52,941 bases of DNA from Treponema sp. (GCA_009778545.1 WRJO01000001.1:1-52941); one strand, 5' to 3'. Positions 28,761-38,427 are shown, counted from the stretch's first letter. The notes: a model not told the origin generated them from the letters alone. Translations and numbers: made by a program.

Positions 28761-28781
28761 CTCCCCATTCCCCAGTCCCTA
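28761..28781. repeat. Half element of the GGGGA(C/A)T family
   Basis: CTCCCCATTCCCCAGTCCCTA just upstream of the recO -10 box. Confidence 0.6.
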
Positions 28782-28795
28782 TTATATAATAAACC

Positions 28796-29536
28796 GTGAA
28801 CCGGAACTACTGTTATTCCGCGCTTATTCTCAGGAGCCGTTCTTCGGGGGAATCTAACCGCGAGGCGTGGCTTTTGACCAAAGAGGCGGGGCTGCTTAGG
28901 GTGACGGTCTTTGGCGGGCCGAAAAGCCGGCTGCGTTCCTATGCGTCGCCGTTCCATTCGGGGCAGGCATGGGTGTACCACGAACCGGTAAAGGACACCC
29001 GCAAGCTCAGCGATTTTGACGTGCGCTCATGGCGGCCGGGCCTGCGGGAACTGTACGAGCGGGCGATGGCAGCCGACGCGGTTGCCGAGACGATACTCGC
29101 GTCGCACGGCGGCGGGGGGAACTGGGGCGGGGCGCTTTCGCTGGCGGAGGCGTCGCTGGACGCGCTGGAGGCCGCAGACGGCGAAACCTGCGCCCGCGTT
29201 GCCCTGCATTTTCTGTGGCAGTGGGCGCAGTTCCTCGGCCTCAGGCCGGAGTTCGACCACTGTTCCCAATGCGGAAAACCTGCTCCCGCTGACGGCGTGA
29301 TCCGATATTCGCCAAGGGAAGGCGGCCTGGTTTGCGGCGATTGCTCCGGCGTAGGCTCGGATCTTCTGGAACTAAGCCCCGGCTGCCGCCGCTGGCTTGA
29401 GACGATCCGCGCCCTTCCCCCCGCACAGCTTGTCCGCTACACCCTGGACACAACGTCCTTCAACCAGGCCAAATCCCTTGCCACCGCCATCCTCTCCGAA
29501 GCCCTCGGCCGACATCTGGCAAGCTGGACCTGGTAA
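28796..29536 (+). CDS. recO: DNA repair protein RecO
   Basis: LILRSR.SGESNR..WLLT; Zn finger CSQC...CGDC. Confidence 0.92.
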   Translation: MNRNYCYSALILRSRSSGESNREAWLLTKEAGLLRVTVFGGPKSRLRSYASPFHSGQAWVYHEPVKDTRKLSDFDVRSWRPGLRELYERAMAADAVAETILASHGGGGNWGGALSLAEASLDALEAADGETCARVALHFLWQWAQFLGLRPEFDHCSQCGKPAPADGVIRYSPREGGLVCGDCSGVGSDLLELSPGCRRWLETIRALPPAQLVRYTLDTTSFNQAKSLATAILSEALGRHLASWTW

Positions 29537-29550
29537 TTTGTTGTAAATAC

Positions 29551-29749
29551 CTCTCACGGAGGCACAGAGGCACAGAGGAATACGGGTTGTCCGCAAACAG
29601 CGCATAACCTTCCTTGAATCCTAAAATATCTAGTTTTCGATAGAGGGATAAGACCCTGCGAACGAAAACTCCGAGTCCTCTGTGCCTTTGTGCCTCTGTG
29701 TGAGTTAAAATGAGATAAATCTCCGGTGCCTCTGTGCCTCTGTGTGAGG
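29551..29749. repeat. CACAGAGG-family element with an extra right arm
   Basis: CTCTCACGGAGGCACAGAGGCACAGAGG...CCTCTGTGCCTTTGTGCCTCTGTGTGAG...GTGCCTCTGTGCCTCTGTGTGAG. Confidence 0.9.
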
Positions 29750-29813
29750 ATATGGGAATATAGTTTTACATGTCCCTTGCCTATTGTGCCGAATTCGGCT
29801 AGGTTGAAATTGC

Positions 29814-31979
29814 ATGAATTGGGAAAAAAAGGCCGTCTCCCCCGAACAGGTAAAGGACATCAGCGCGAAATTCGGCTGCGATCTGCTGACCGCTTCGGTG
29901 CTGGTCCGGCGGGGGATAGTTACTCCCGATGCGATACTGTTTTTCCTGGAAGAAGATACAAGGTTTTTGCGAAACCCATTTGAATTGCCGGGCATGGAAG
30001 ACGCGGTGGAGCGTATACTCGCCGCGAAAGACGAGGGCGAAAAGGTTCTGATTTTCGGCGACAGCGACGTGGACGGCATTACCGGCACGGCCCTCCTCAC
30101 CGAGTACCTTACCGGCATGGGCATCGACGTAAGCTGGCGCATCCCCGGCGGGGACGATCCCTACGGGCTTTCGATGGAGGCTGTCGAGGAATTTGCCGCC
30201 GCTTACGGCACGCTGATCATCACTGTGGACTGCGGCATTTCCCGCATCGCCGAAATCAGGCGGGCGGCGGAACTTTCCGTCGACGTAATCGTCACCGATC
30301 ACCACGAGCCGCAGGGAGAACTGCCCGAAGCGCTGGTGATCATCAATCCAAAACTAAAAGAATCCGAGCTTTCGCAAGTAAAGGCGTATCCGTTCAAGGA
30401 CCTCAGCGGCTGCGGCGTGGCATTTAAGCTGGTGTCCGCCCTGCGCTTCGCCCAAAAAAGCGAACTGTATGGGCAGCCGGTGTGCCTTCTGAACACCCGC
30501 CCGGTAAACGACGCGTGGATTGTCGAAGCGGCAAAGATGCGAAACCTCGCTGTAACGGCGTCCCTCACCGAGACGATAATGCCGGGCATGGTTTCGATAA
30601 GCGATACACGGCTCCCCGCCTTTCTTGAAGGGCAGCAGATACTTGTCTGGGACGCCTCCCTGCAAAAACGGGTTATAGCGAAACTGTTCGGCAGCGGCGT
30701 AGAAATCGGGATGCTGGATGTCGCCTCGGAAATCGGCAGGGAGATTCCCCAGGCCGCCGATAAAAGCCTGCTCCGTATAAAAGAACTTTCGACGGTTGCC
30801 AAATACTCCGGCAAAGAAACAACCGAGCTCGACGTTTTTATCAGCCTTTTCCGCTCGTTCGCGCAGAAGCGTGAAAAGGCCTCCTCGGGCGCGGATGAAC
30901 AGTACGAGATGCAGCTTGCCGCCCTGGGAACGGTCGCCGACATAATGCCGCTTTTGGACGAGAACAGGATCATCGTTCGCAGCGGACTGCGGTCGCTTTC
31001 CGGCGAATCTGCCGGGCGGATACGGCCAAGGCCGGGTATTGCCGAGCTGCTGGACAAGCTGGAACTTTCCGGCAGCCATTTTGACATCAAAGACATTTCA
31101 TGGAAGCTCTGCCCGGCCATTAACGCGGGACGCAGAATGGGCAGCCCGGAAACGGCGGCGCAGCTCTTTTTTGAAAAAGAGCCAGCGGTCAGGGAGCGGC
31201 TTGCCGGGGAACTGGTGTCCCTGAACCGGCAGAGAAAGCAGCTTGAGGAGGAGATTTGGAGCAGGGCCGAACCGATGGCCTACCGGTCGCTTCCCGATTT
31301 TGACGAAAAACTCGCGCTGGTATACGGCGATGATATCAACAAGGGCGTTACCGGACTGATCGCCCAGCGCATCGCCCGCCGGTTCAACGTACCGTCAATT
31401 GCGGTGTCGCTTACTGCGGACGGATGTACCGGCTCAATCCGTTCGGCGCGAGGCTACAATGTATGCGGCCTGTTGGAACAGTGTAGCGATCTGTTTATCG
31501 ATTCCGGCGGCCACGCCTTTGCCGGCGGCTTCAGCCTGATAAAAGAAAATTGGGAAACCTTTACCGAACGCCTCAAGACGCTGGTACATTCAATAGAATT
31601 TGACGAAGCCGCGGAAGGCGAGGCCATCAGCATCGACGCGGAACTCCCCCCCGAATACCTCAGCCCCGACATCCTCAAGCTGGTTGATCGTTTTGCCCCC
31701 TACGGCAAGGACAACGAGCCGCTGACCTTCCTGGCGAAAAACCTCCATGTTGACGACCTGAATTTAATCGGCAAAAACGAATCGAAGCACCTCAAGATGA
31801 CGTTAGCCGGAGGAAAGTACAAATGGCCGGCCCTGTACTGGGACGCCGCCATCCGCGTCATCAACAAGGAATTTGGCAAAGGCGACAATGTTGACGCAGT
31901 GTTTACGATCACCCGCGACTGGTACAAAGGCACCCCCACCCCCCAGATGATGATTGTCGATCTCCGGAAGAGTGAATGA
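29814..31979 (+). CDS. recJ: ssDNA exonuclease RecJ
   Basis: GDSDVDG, ITVDCG, TDHH, LGTVAD, PAINAGRRMG, GGHAFAGG, PYGKDN. Confidence 0.95.
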   Translation: MNWEKKAVSPEQVKDISAKFGCDLLTASVLVRRGIVTPDAILFFLEEDTRFLRNPFELPGMEDAVERILAAKDEGEKVLIFGDSDVDGITGTALLTEYLTGMGIDVSWRIPGGDDPYGLSMEAVEEFAAAYGTLIITVDCGISRIAEIRRAAELSVDVIVTDHHEPQGELPEALVIINPKLKESELSQVKAYPFKDLSGCGVAFKLVSALRFAQKSELYGQPVCLLNTRPVNDAWIVEAAKMRNLAVTASLTETIMPGMVSISDTRLPAFLEGQQILVWDASLQKRVIAKLFGSGVEIGMLDVASEIGREIPQAADKSLLRIKELSTVAKYSGKETTELDVFISLFRSFAQKREKASSGADEQYEMQLAALGTVADIMPLLDENRIIVRSGLRSLSGESAGRIRPRPGIAELLDKLELSGSHFDIKDISWKLCPAINAGRRMGSPETAAQLFFEKEPAVRERLAGELVSLNRQRKQLEEEIWSRAEPMAYRSLPDFDEKLALVYGDDINKGVTGLIAQRIARRFNVPSIAVSLTADGCTGSIRSARGYNVCGLLEQCSDLFIDSGGHAFAGGFSLIKENWETFTERLKTLVHSIEFDEAAEGEAISIDAELPPEYLSPDILKLVDRFAPYGKDNEPLTFLAKNLHVDDLNLIGKNESKHLKMTLAGGKYKWPALYWDAAIRVINKEFGKGDNVDAVFTITRDWYKGTPTPQMMIVDLRKSE

Positions 31980-33027
31980 TTTTTTTCCCTATTTTTCTCA
32001 CAGAGGCACAGAAGCACGGAGGAAGAATTTGAGGTTTTTAAGAATCGCAGCCTCATCTTCTTTCTATTCTCCGTGCCTTTGTGCCTCCGTGAGAGGTATT
32101 ATCAAACGATGGCTTCCTACTTTTTTTCTTCTTCTCTGCTTTTCGTTGAACGCACAGACGGCATTACGTTACGCGATCATACCGGATAATCCAAGGCCGG
32201 GGGAACCGGTGACCATCGGCATACACGAAGGCGGCAGGGCGCAGGTTGCGGTACTGATGTCGGACGGGCGCAGGCTGGGCAAAGCGGCGTTTTTCCGCAT
32301 ACCCGCCGAGGGCGCGAAGCAGGCGTTTTGGGCGGCGATTCTGGCGGTCCCGTCAACGGCAAAGGCGGGCGCGGCGTCAGTCGTCATCGAAGGCCCGGCG
32401 GGAGTTGTGGCGGTGATACCGCTGAACATCGCCGGGCGGGAATTTGCCTCCGAGACGATAGAGCTGAACCCTTCGCTTACCGCCATACGCACCGAGCCTG
32501 ATCCGCAGAAGGCCGCCGAGTCGGAAAAGCTCTGGGCGATACTCAACCGTACCGGCAGCGAGATCCACAGCTTCGGCACTTTCAGCCCGCCGGTGCAGTC
32601 CACCCGCCGTACAAGCCGTTTCGGCAGCCGCCGGGTGTACCAATACTCGAACGGTTCCAGCGACGTTTCAATCCATGCCGGAGTTGACTACGGGGTGCCC
32701 AAGGGAACGGCCATCAGCGCCTGCGCTCCGGGAAGGGTGGTTTTCGCCGGATACAGGATCGTCACCGGCAATTCGATCATCGTGGAGCATCTTCCCGGTG
32801 TGTATTCGCTGTACTACCACCTGGATTCGATAGAAGCCGCCGAGGGAGACCTGGTTGCCGCCGGTACGCTTTTGGGGCAGAGCGGGGCTACCGGACTTGC
32901 CACCGGCCCCCATCTCCACTGGGAGATTCGGGTTTTCGGCGAAAATGCCGACCCCGACGCCTTTATCGCCCGGCCAATTCTTGACAAAGATGCGATTTTA
33001 AGTAAAATAGGCAATGAGCGAAACTGA
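31972..33027 (+). CDS. M23 family metallopeptidase
   Basis: HAGVD, YYHL, GPHLHWE. Start is either GTG 31972 (overlapping the recJ end) or GTG 32089 (element end). Confidence 0.9.
   Translation: MNDFFPYFSHRGTEARRKNLRFLRIAASSSFYSPCLCASVRGIIKRWLPTFFLLLCFSLNAQTALRYAIIPDNPRPGEPVTIGIHEGGRAQVAVLMSDGRRLGKAAFFRIPAEGAKQAFWAAILAVPSTAKAGAASVVIEGPAGVVAVIPLNIAGREFASETIELNPSLTAIRTEPDPQKAAESEKLWAILNRTGSEIHSFGTFSPPVQSTRRTSRFGSRRVYQYSNGSSDVSIHAGVDYGVPKGTAISACAPGRVVFAGYRIVTGNSIIVEHLPGVYSLYYHLDSIEAAEGDLVAAGTLLGQSGATGLATGPHLHWEIRVFGENADPDAFIARPILDKDAILSKIGNERN
31997..32093. repeat. CACAGAGG-family palindromic element, in frame with M23 N-terminus
   Basis: CTCACAGAGGCACAGAAGCACGGAG...CTCCGTGCCTTTGTGCCTCCGTGAG. 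Confidence 0.9.
32981..33008 (+). promoter_or_regulatory. Sigma70-like promoter of rpsU
   Basis: TTGACA-N16-TAAAAT inside the M23 3' end. Confidence 0.6.
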
Positions 33028-33100
33028 AGTTTCCGAAAATAGCGGACTGCCGTAGATTGGCGGCCCTAACTCTTACCCCTGGGAAAGGAGGTGAAAATTT

Positions 33101-33304
33101 TTGGCGCATATCGTGATTGACGACAGCGAACTGCTTGAGAAAGCCATCAAACGCTTTAAACGTATGGTGGAGAAAGAGGGCATTATTCGTGAATTCAAGA
33201 AGCGGGAGTACTTTGAAAAGCCCTCTACCATCCTCAACCGGAAAAAAAAGGCCATCGCCCGCAAACTGATGAAAAAGAACCGAAAAGGCCGTGCGGAATA
33301 CTAA
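33101..33304 (+). CDS. rpsU: 30S ribosomal protein S21
   Basis: [10 protein letters not shown]....[16 protein letters not shown]; TTG start with strong SD AAGGAGGTG. Confidence 0.96.
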   Translation: MAHIVIDDSELLEKAIKRFKRMVEKEGIIREFKKREYFEKPSTILNRKKKAIARKLMKKNRKGRAEY

Positions 33305-34181
33305 CGGTTTTTCGGCACACAAAATCCTTTTATTAGTTCCATTTATATTTTTTCTCTCATGCGCGACGGGGGGAACGGCGGTTTCCGTTTCATCGCCGGA
33401 TGCGGTACAGCCCCGTTGGGAGCTTGTCGATGATTCTGTCGGCGGGCTTGCCTGGTACACCGGAAAAGTGTCCCGCCCCCGGATGGAATTCCATGCCCTG
33501 CGTGTCGACCTTTCGGACGGTGAACTGCGGATCGCAGTGGCGGGCGGGGCATACATCGATGGGGGCGGCCTAGATACAACGCTCAGCATAAAAGTGAGCA
33601 GCTTTGTCCGCGAGAATAATTTGCTGGCCGGCATTAACGCCCTGCCCTTTGACACAGTGTCGGACAGGGAAGGGGAGCCGCGAGTCAATGTCGGCCTTGT
33701 CATTGCAGACGGCGTGATGATCTCGCCGCCGCACCGCGAGTTTGACGCGCTTGTTTTTTATACAGATTGCACAGCCGCGATAATGGCCCAGCCAGCAATT
33801 GAATCGTTCGAAAACATCGCCGAGGCCGTAGGCGGTTTCCGGCGGATATTGGAAGGCGGCGAACCGGTTCCCCGCGTGAAAAATCTGACAGCCCGCCACC
33901 CCCGCAGCGCGGCGGGGATTTCTCCCGACGGCAGGTACCTGTACCTGCTGGTCATCGACGGGAGGCGGCCCGGCAGCGCCGGCGGCACCGAGGCGGAAAC
34001 GGCGCTTTTGCTGCGGGCGTTAGGCGCAAGCGAAGGGATCAACTTTGACGGGGGCGGCTCAAGCGCCCTGGCCCTGCGTTTCAGCGGCGGCGACGTCCGC
34101 GTGGTGAACAAGCCCGTTCACGGCGGCATCCCCGGCAGGGAACGCGCCGTCGCCGGCTGCCTGGGAGTAGCCCGTAAATAG
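33291..34181 (+). CDS. Phosphodiester glycosidase (NAGPA/DUF2233) family lipoprotein
   Basis: Lipobox FLSC; [22 protein letters not shown]. Confidence 0.88.
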   Translation: MRNTNGFSAHKILLLVPFIFFLSCATGGTAVSVSSPDAVQPRWELVDDSVGGLAWYTGKVSRPRMEFHALRVDLSDGELRIAVAGGAYIDGGGLDTTLSIKVSSFVRENNLLAGINALPFDTVSDREGEPRVNVGLVIADGVMISPPHREFDALVFYTDCTAAIMAQPAIESFENIAEAVGGFRRILEGGEPVPRVKNLTARHPRSAAGISPDGRYLYLLVIDGRRPGSAGGTEAETALLLRALGASEGINFDGGGSSALALRFSGGDVRVVNKPVHGGIPGRERAVAGCLGVARK

Positions 34182-34227
34182 TAGAAATTACGGGAATTTT
34201 TGGGTATATTGGTATACAGGAGTTATA

Positions 34228-35178
34228 GTGAAAGCACAATATTATTTTTTGTTGGTGGTAATTATGCCGGTAATGCTATGCTCATGCCCCAACGGGTCCG
34301 ATGAAAACCCCGGATTCGTCGTTGAAATGCAGGAATTTGTAAAAGATATTTCCGCTTACGCAAAGGGTAAAAGCTCCGATTTTATCATTATTCCGCAGAA
34401 CGGCGAAGAACTGGCCTTCAACAACGCCGAACCGGACGACGGCCTGTGCACTCCGTATATCGACGCGATTGACGGAGTCGGGATCGAAGAACTTTTTTAC
34501 GACAACAGATTACGCGTCGACAATTACCGGCTGAAAATGCTGCAGACGCTTAAAAACCATGTAAAAGTAATGGTCGCCGACTTTGTTGGGAATGACGCGA
34601 ATATTGCCGATTCCAAAAAACGAAGCGCCGACGAAGGTTTTATCGCCTTCCCGCGAAGCAAAGATAACTATGACTACATGCTGATCCCCACTACCGGCAT
34701 CACCGGTGAAAATGCGTCGAATGTCGCGGTCCTTGCCGACGCGAAAAATTATCTGTACCTGATAAGTACCGAAAAATATGCCAATAAACAGGCGATGATA
34801 AACGCCATCAAGGCGACAAACTACGATGTCGTTTTGATAGATCTGTTTTTCGATGAGATTGCATTATCCTCTGACGATATTGAACAGCTTAAAACCAAAG
34901 CCAACGGGGGAAAACGCCTGGTTATCTGCTATGTGAGCGTCGGATCGGCGGAGAATTACCGGTATTACTGGAAAGACGGGTGGAAAAAAGGCAATCCTTC
35001 ATGGTTAAAAAAGAATTATGAAGGATACCCTGATGAATTCTGGGTCGAATTCTGGCATAAAGATTGGCGGGATATTATCTTTGGCAGCCCCGACTCGTAC
35101 ATCGATAAAATAATCGCCGCCGGTTTTGACGGCGCGTATCTGGACAATGTTGAAGCGTACTATACCCTTGCGAATTAG
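34228..35178 (+). CDS. Endo-alpha-1,4-polygalactosaminidase-like (GH114/TM1410-like) lipoprotein
   Basis: IIPQNGEEL, IDGVGIEELFY, ICYVSVGSAENYRYYW, GFDGAYLDNVE. Confidence 0.82.
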   Translation: MKAQYYFLLVVIMPVMLCSCPNGSDENPGFVVEMQEFVKDISAYAKGKSSDFIIIPQNGEELAFNNAEPDDGLCTPYIDAIDGVGIEELFYDNRLRVDNYRLKMLQTLKNHVKVMVADFVGNDANIADSKKRSADEGFIAFPRSKDNYDYMLIPTTGITGENASNVAVLADAKNYLYLISTEKYANKQAMINAIKATNYDVVLIDLFFDEIALSSDDIEQLKTKANGGKRLVICYVSVGSAENYRYYWKDGWKKGNPSWLKKNYEGYPDEFWVEFWHKDWRDIIFGSPDSYIDKIIAAGFDGAYLDNVEAYYTLAN

Positions 35179-35614
35179 CTTCGCGGCGGCGCTGTTATTT
35201 GCCGGCCTTCAGCTTTTTGCCCAAAGCGCCCCGGCGGGTATCGCGGCGGAGGCTGATCCTTCCGGGTTTATCGGCATGAAGCTGGAAGAAATGTTTGCCC
35301 GCTTTGGCGCGCCGCAGATGGTGTACACGGCACGGGGAGAGGAAAGCTGGCAGGACGACGTGGTATTTGTGTACGGCGCGGGGGATTTTTACGTCTGCCG
35401 CGACAGGGTATGGCAAATTGGGCTTAAGTCCGTTTACGGAATAAAGACAGGCGACGCGAAGGCCGTTGCGCTATTGGTGCTTGGCGAAACAACGAAGGAC
35501 GAGGGGAGTTATCTTTTGTACAACATTGCCGGCCAGGGCTGGCCGCTTGCCCTCCGGGTAAACCTGGAGGCGGGGAGGGTTTCCGCAATGTACGTCTACC
35601 GCCCGGACTACTGA
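35147..35614 (+). CDS. Exported hypothetical protein
   Basis: Signal peptide LFAQ; codon usage similar to neighbours. Confidence 0.7.
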   Translation: MLKRTIPLRISFAAALLFAGLQLFAQSAPAGIAAEADPSGFIGMKLEEMFARFGAPQMVYTARGEESWQDDVVFVYGAGDFYVCRDRVWQIGLKSVYGIKTGDAKAVALLVLGETTKDEGSYLLYNIAGQGWPLALRVNLEAGRVSAMYVYRPDY

Positions 35615-35632
35615 GGTTTTATTGGTTAATTC

Positions 35633-35763
35633 CTCACGCAGAGAAGAATTAAATTTTACTCGAATATTTCTCACACAGAGGCACTGAGGCACAAAGGACA
35701 CAAAGTGAATTATGAAGGGAGTAGTTCGAATTACATCTCTGTGCCTTAGTGCCTCCGTGAGAG
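35633..35763. repeat. CACAGAGG-family palindromic element with an extra left arm
   Basis: CTCACGCAGAG...CTCACACAGAGGCACTGAGGCACAAAGG...CTCTGTGCCTTAGTGCCTCCGTGAGAG. Confidence 0.9.
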
Positions 35764-35782
35764 TAAATAGGGAAAGAATGTA

Positions 35783-35811
35783 TTGTAAACATCTAGATGT
35801 TACAAGATACT
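35783..35811 (+). promoter_or_regulatory. Promoter with a palindromic operator in the spacer
   Basis: TTGTAA-N17-GATACT overlapping the perfect palindrome AACATCTAGATGTT. Confidence 0.6.
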
Positions 35812-35819
35812 AGTGAATA

Positions 35820-38225
35820 ATGGGGATTGATATGATTGATGTTTATTCTAGCGGGGCATACCTGGTTAATGGGTCGCGGATTATTAGGGATGATGGGGAT
35901 GCTGCCGCCAAATTAAAGCAGGCGGGGGTGGAGGTTTCTGCGGACAAGGCGCGGCAGGGCACTATCGCGCACGGGATTTTGGCCACGCATAATGCATCGC
36001 ATTATGCGCCGCATGCTGCATCACACGGCGATGAACAGATCCTTCGCCTGAAATTTGATTCTCTTGCGTCCCACGACATTACCTATGTCGGCATTATTCA
36101 GACGGCGCGGGCAAGCGGGCTGGAAAAATTTCCCATGCCATATGTGCTGACCAACTGCCACAACAGCCTCTGCGCCGTCGGCGGAACGATAAATCAGGAC
36201 GACCATGTCTTTGCCCTCAGCGCGGCGAAAAAGTACGGCGGCATTTACGTTCCGACGCATCTTGCCGTTATCCACACCTACAACCGCGAGATGATGGCCG
36301 GCTGCGGAAAAATGATCCTCGGCTCGGACAGCCACACCCGCTACGGGGCGCTGGGAACCCTGGCGGTTGGCGAAGGCGGCGGCGAGCTGGCAAAGCAGCT
36401 TCTTGGCAGAACGTACGACATCGCCCGCCCGCAGGTAGTGGCGGTGTACCTGACCGGAGCGCCGGCTGCCGGAGTCGGCCCGCACGATGTCGCCCTGGCG
36501 ATAATCGCGGCGGTTTTCAAAAGCGGCTATGTGAAGAACAAGGTGATGGAATTTGTCGGCGACGGCGTTGACAATCTGCCCGTGGATTACCGCAACGGCA
36601 TCGACGTGATGACCACCGAGACCACCTGCTGGTCGTCGATCTGGAAAACCGACGCCGCCATTAAAGACTACCTGGAAGTCCGGGGCAGGGGCGGGGACTA
36701 CCGCGAACTGAAGCCCGCCGGTATCGCCTACTACGACGGCCTCATATACGTTGACCTTTCGAAAATAGAGCCGTGTATCGCGCTGCCGTTCCATCCGAGC
36801 AACGTGTACACGATAAGCGAATTTCAGCGCAACGCGCGGGACATTCTGGCAAAGACCGAGGAAGAGGGGCTGCGGTCGCTGGGCGTAGAAAACAAGCCGG
36901 GAACCGCCGACCTGAACCTTAACCTAAAGGCAAAGTACCGCGACGGCGGCGTCTGGGCGGAACAGGCGGTGATCGTCGGCTGTTCCGGCGGCATTTTCGA
37001 CAACGTCATGGCGGCGGCGGATATTATCAAGAGCGCCCATGCCGACAACGCGGGCCATGCTCACCGTAACTTTACCATGAGCGTGTACCCGGAAAGCCAG
37101 CCCACGTACCTTGAACTGGTACGGAACGGCGCGGCGGAAACGTTCCTGAGCGCCGGTGTTCTGCTGCGCGAGGCGTTCTGCGGCCCCTGTTTCGGCGCGG
37201 GCGATACACCCGCCAACGGCGAACTGTCGATCCGCCACGCCACCCGCAACTTCCCCAACCGCGAAGGATCAAAACCCGGCGACGGACAGATCGCGTCGGT
37301 GGCGCTGATGGACGCCCGTTCCATTGCCGCTACCGCGATCAATGGCGGCAAAATTACCGCCGCTACGGAGCTGGACGTTCCGTTCGGCAAGTACAAATTC
37401 TTTTTTGACAGGGGCGTGTACGATAAGCGGGTATTCGATGGAAGCGGCAGGCCGCAGGGCGATGTCGATCTGGTGTTCGGCCCCAACATCCGGGACTGGC
37501 CGTCGATGCCGGACCTGCCGGAAAATCTTCTGGTAAAAATCGTTAGCTATATTACCGATCCGGTTACCACGACCGACGAGCTTATTCCGTCCGGCGAAAC
37601 TTCATCGTACCGTTCAAACCCAATCAGGCTGGCGGAATTTACCCTGAGCCGCAAAGACCCCGCCTATGTTGGGCGGGCAAAGGAAGTGCAGGCTGCCGAG
37701 GAATCGCGCCGCTGTGGCACGGTTCAGCCGGAAACCGCCGCCCTGCTCGCCCTGATACAGACCATTCCCGGCTGCGGGGATATGGGCGCCGCCAGTTTCT
37801 CTCTGGGCAGCGCCATTTTTGCCCGCAAACCCGGCGACGGTTCCGCCCGCGAGCAGGCCGCTTCCTGCCAGCGGGTACTCGGCGCGTCGGCAAATTTCGC
37901 GCTGGAATACGCGACCAAGCGCTACCGCTCGAATCTGATCAACTGGGGAATACTTCCTTTTATAATTGGCGACGGGGCGATCCTTGCACTGGGCAGCCAT
38001 GTTTTTTTTCCCGGCATCGCCAAATCAATCCGGGAGAACGCTAAAACGATCACAGGCTATGTGTTAGGCGATACGCTTACGGAAATAAGCGTTACCCTCG
38101 GAGAACTGACCAAAGATGAGCGGCAGATTCTCCTTGACGGATGCCTGATTAACCATTATTCGTCTAATTCCCGTTGGGGAGGGGGCGCGGGGGCGGCAAA
38201 AAATTTCTGGGTCTCCCCGCCGTAG
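35820..38225 (+). CDS. Aconitase-family hydratase (YbhJ-like)
   Basis: SHDITY, NCHNSLCAVGGTIN, DSHTRYG, GCSGG, CGPCFG, TRNFPNREG, TTTDELIP, GDGSAREQA. Confidence 0.92.
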   Translation: MGIDMIDVYSSGAYLVNGSRIIRDDGDAAAKLKQAGVEVSADKARQGTIAHGILATHNASHYAPHAASHGDEQILRLKFDSLASHDITYVGIIQTARASGLEKFPMPYVLTNCHNSLCAVGGTINQDDHVFALSAAKKYGGIYVPTHLAVIHTYNREMMAGCGKMILGSDSHTRYGALGTLAVGEGGGELAKQLLGRTYDIARPQVVAVYLTGAPAAGVGPHDVALAIIAAVFKSGYVKNKVMEFVGDGVDNLPVDYRNGIDVMTTETTCWSSIWKTDAAIKDYLEVRGRGGDYRELKPAGIAYYDGLIYVDLSKIEPCIALPFHPSNVYTISEFQRNARDILAKTEEEGLRSLGVENKPGTADLNLNLKAKYRDGGVWAEQAVIVGCSGGIFDNVMAAADIIKSAHADNAGHAHRNFTMSVYPESQPTYLELVRNGAAETFLSAGVLLREAFCGPCFGAGDTPANGELSIRHATRNFPNREGSKPGDGQIASVALMDARSIAATAINGGKITAATELDVPFGKYKFFFDRGVYDKRVFDGSGRPQGDVDLVFGPNIRDWPSMPDLPENLLVKIVSYITDPVTTTDELIPSGETSSYRSNPIRLAEFTLSRKDPAYVGRAKEVQAAEESRRCGTVQPETAALLALIQTIPGCGDMGAASFSLGSAIFARKPGDGSAREQAASCQRVLGASANFALEYATKRYRSNLINWGILPFIIGDGAILALGSHVFFPGIAKSIRENAKTITGYVLGDTLTEISVTLGELTKDERQILLDGCLINHYSSNSRWGGGAGAAKNFWVSPP

Positions 38226-38427
38226 GAGACGAGCCATAAAATTCTAAAACTGGGATAGAAAAAAAGCCTGACCACTAATAATCTAATTATGGATAGTTAC
38301 TCTCAACAAGAAGCATTAGTGGTCAGGTGGCTCCGCAGGCGGATTCCCCCAGATTTTTGCCGCCCCCGCGCCCTCTCCCCAGCGGGTTTTTGCGGGTAAT
38401 ATTTTTATTCGCGCAATTTGCTGATTC
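38160..38427. mobile_element. ~265-bp structured MITE-like element, copy A
   Basis: 33-bp inverted repeats 38170-38202 / 38354-38386; inner CCTGACCACTAAT/ATTAGTGGTCAGG stem; near-identical to 40716-40985. Confidence 0.75.
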
